Source: Chiloscyllium plagiosum
Lineage: Eukaryota
Length of the DNA: 64,000 bases
NCBI RefSeq assembly: GCF_004010195.1
Contig: NC_057751.1
Coordinates: 2,747,984 to 2,811,983 of the forward strand
Direction: 5' to 3'
Shown here: one piece after another, positions 62,200-64,000 of the stretch
How positions within the stretch are numbered: position 1 is the first letter of the stretch
Layout of the letters: each line of letters opens with the position of its first letter
Program-made: the position numbers and the translations under genes
Notes under the pieces: model-generated
The model's input: only the letters and a program-made list of their open reading frames with translations
What the model was told of the DNA's origin: nothing
Databases searched by the model: none

Positions 62200-62757
62200 T
62201 CGTTGTGCTTGGCCCATTTCATTCCAAACATTTCTTCTTCATGGACTTATCCAAATGTCTTTTAAACTTTGTGACTGTACCCGCATCCACCAATTCCGAT
62301 GGAAGTTCATTCCACATTCGAATCACTCTCTCTGTCAAAAAACAATTGCCCCATGTGTCCTTTTGCAAATCTTTCTCCTCTCACCTTAAAAATATGCCCC
62401 TGAGTCTTGAAATGGTCCACCCTAGGGAAAAGACACCTGCCATTAACCTTATCCATGCTCCTCATGATTTTGTAAACCTCTGTAAGGTCACTCCTCAGCC
62501 TCCAATGCTCCTGTGAAAAACGTCCCAGCCAACCCAACCTGTCTTTATAAATCAAACCCTCAACTCCCAGCAACATCCTGGTAAATCTCTTCTTAATCCT
62601 CTCCAGCTTAATAATATCCTTCCTGGAACAGGGTGACAAGAACTAGACACAGTATTCCAGAAATGATGTCAGCAACGGCCTGTATAACCTTAATGTGACA
62701 TCTCAACTGCTATGCTCAAAGGTCTGAGCAATGAAGGGAAGCATGCTAAATGCCTTC
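62200..62757 (-). mobile_element. CR1/HER1-type LINE 3' fragment
   Basis: RKDIIKLERIKKRFTRMLLGVEGLIYKDRL..DLTEVYKIMR. Confidence 0.9.
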
Positions 62758-63150
62758 TGAAAGAGGATTGCTGTGTTGCACCCATGAGCACACAGAGCAG
62801 GCCTTGGGCCAGAATAACTCTATAGAAATATGAGCTGGGCCAGTGAAGACAAGCAGTCTTGTTGAGCACCAGCTTTCCAGGGCAGATGAAATGGCATGAT
62901 GTGAAAGATTACCAAGTGTTCGTTGACTGACTACCTCTGACCAGTGAGCTCCTGAAACTCCACATTTTCCCTCATCACCATCCTATTCTATTAAACACCA
63001 AAGGTGCATTAGGAGGCACTGTTGGTGGACCTGGCCATGTTATGCTTTCATTGAGAGACTGGGAAGAAGCATGAAGATCTTCAACTCTATTTTTCCATCT
63101 CTCTTTCTTCCAGTTGGCTGTGAATGTCCATGCTGCTCTGTGGTTAGCAT

Positions 63151-63420
63151 CAGAATTAGAATTAGGCTTATTGTCACATGTACTCAAGTACAAATTACAA
63201 AGACGTGGACAATGTTGTCAAACACAGCACCATCTTCGGTACAATGGACCTAGGTACTAAAATAGATGAGGTATAAAAATTGAAAATGAAGAGAAAGTTC
63301 TACACAAATTAGGAAGATAAAGAAAGTTATAAGATAAACATTACAGTCCTTCTGTAGCCTGCAGAGTCTGTGGCTATGGGTTTTTCACATGTGGTCTCGC
63401 TTTCCAGGCACTGCTTGGCT
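63151..63420 (-). mobile_element. Rex-tailed non-autonomous element 3' part
   Basis: Minus strand GTACTTGAGTACATGTGACAATAAGCCTAATTCTAATTCT. Confidence 0.5.
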
Positions 63421-64000
63421 CCAGATCAGTGATAGACCAGCTTCACTGGGTCTCCAAACTGTTGCTTGGTGGTGACTCAGGTTGTGGTATTGCTGTTGTA
63501 ATCCTCTTTTTCAATCTGGGTGTGTACCTGCAGTAAATTTCTTTGGGAACAATAAGAAATGTACTGAATTTTGAGTGTTGCATTGTCTCTCGTGTCCTGG
63601 CCTTTAAGTTTCTCCCTCAATCAGTGGCATCAAAGCAAATTTCCTGCTCATTACCCTGTCGCTTTTTTGGGGGAGTTTGCGAATTGGCTGCCACACTTTC
63701 CCCGTGGCATGCTTGGGTCATCACTCAGTGGTGATAGATGCCGTAGAGGTACATCTCTTCCATCATTGTTTCTTTCTGCTGAGCTTTCCCCGAGTTGCTG
63801 ACAAACAGCCAGAAGAATGCAGATAAAGATTCACAGCATACTTTTACAAAAGCAAGTGTACAGAGACAGCTAATCAATTCAGACAGGGACTCTGTTTTAT
63901 GTTTTCTTGACAGAACAATTGTACCAAATGGCAACACTTTGTGCTGAATCTTTAAGGTGAGAAAGCATCTCAAGGTGGGTTCCCATGTACGTTGTCAAAG

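Noticed and set aside
63085..63150. Strong polypyrimidine acceptor TTCTTCCAG
   Set aside because: No good donor downstream; followed immediately by a retroelement tail

Overview
Eukaryotic (vertebrate) genomic DNA, very probably an elasmobranch (shark). The basis is HE1-type V-SINEs, CR1/HER1-type LINEs and Deu- and Meta-domain SINEs; the species cannot be fixed from the sequence alone. I find no recognisable host protein-coding gene, rRNA, tRNA gene or CRISPR array, so the window reads as a large intron or intergenic tract. It is dominated by retroelement debris: at least two CR1-group LINE families, Rex1/Babar, L2, several SINE families, solo LTRs and many Penelope-like elements (PLEs). The ORF-track entries I can recognise are TE fragments, and the longest ORFs are artefacts of three N-gaps. 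The most interesting signal is at RNA level. About four PLE-derived families carry minimal hammerhead-ribozyme cores (CTGANGA-N-stem II-GAAA-CGTH, or GAAA-GCTH), several of them intact. Many of these insertions are ORF-less or nearly ORF-less fold-backs bounded by 9-18 bp target-site duplications (TSDs), grading down to a 15-nt insertion. Hammerheads in PLEs are established knowledge; their diversity and fold-back geometry here deserve a closer look. Repeat family names come from recalled consensus sequences, not a database search, and most boundaries are approximate.
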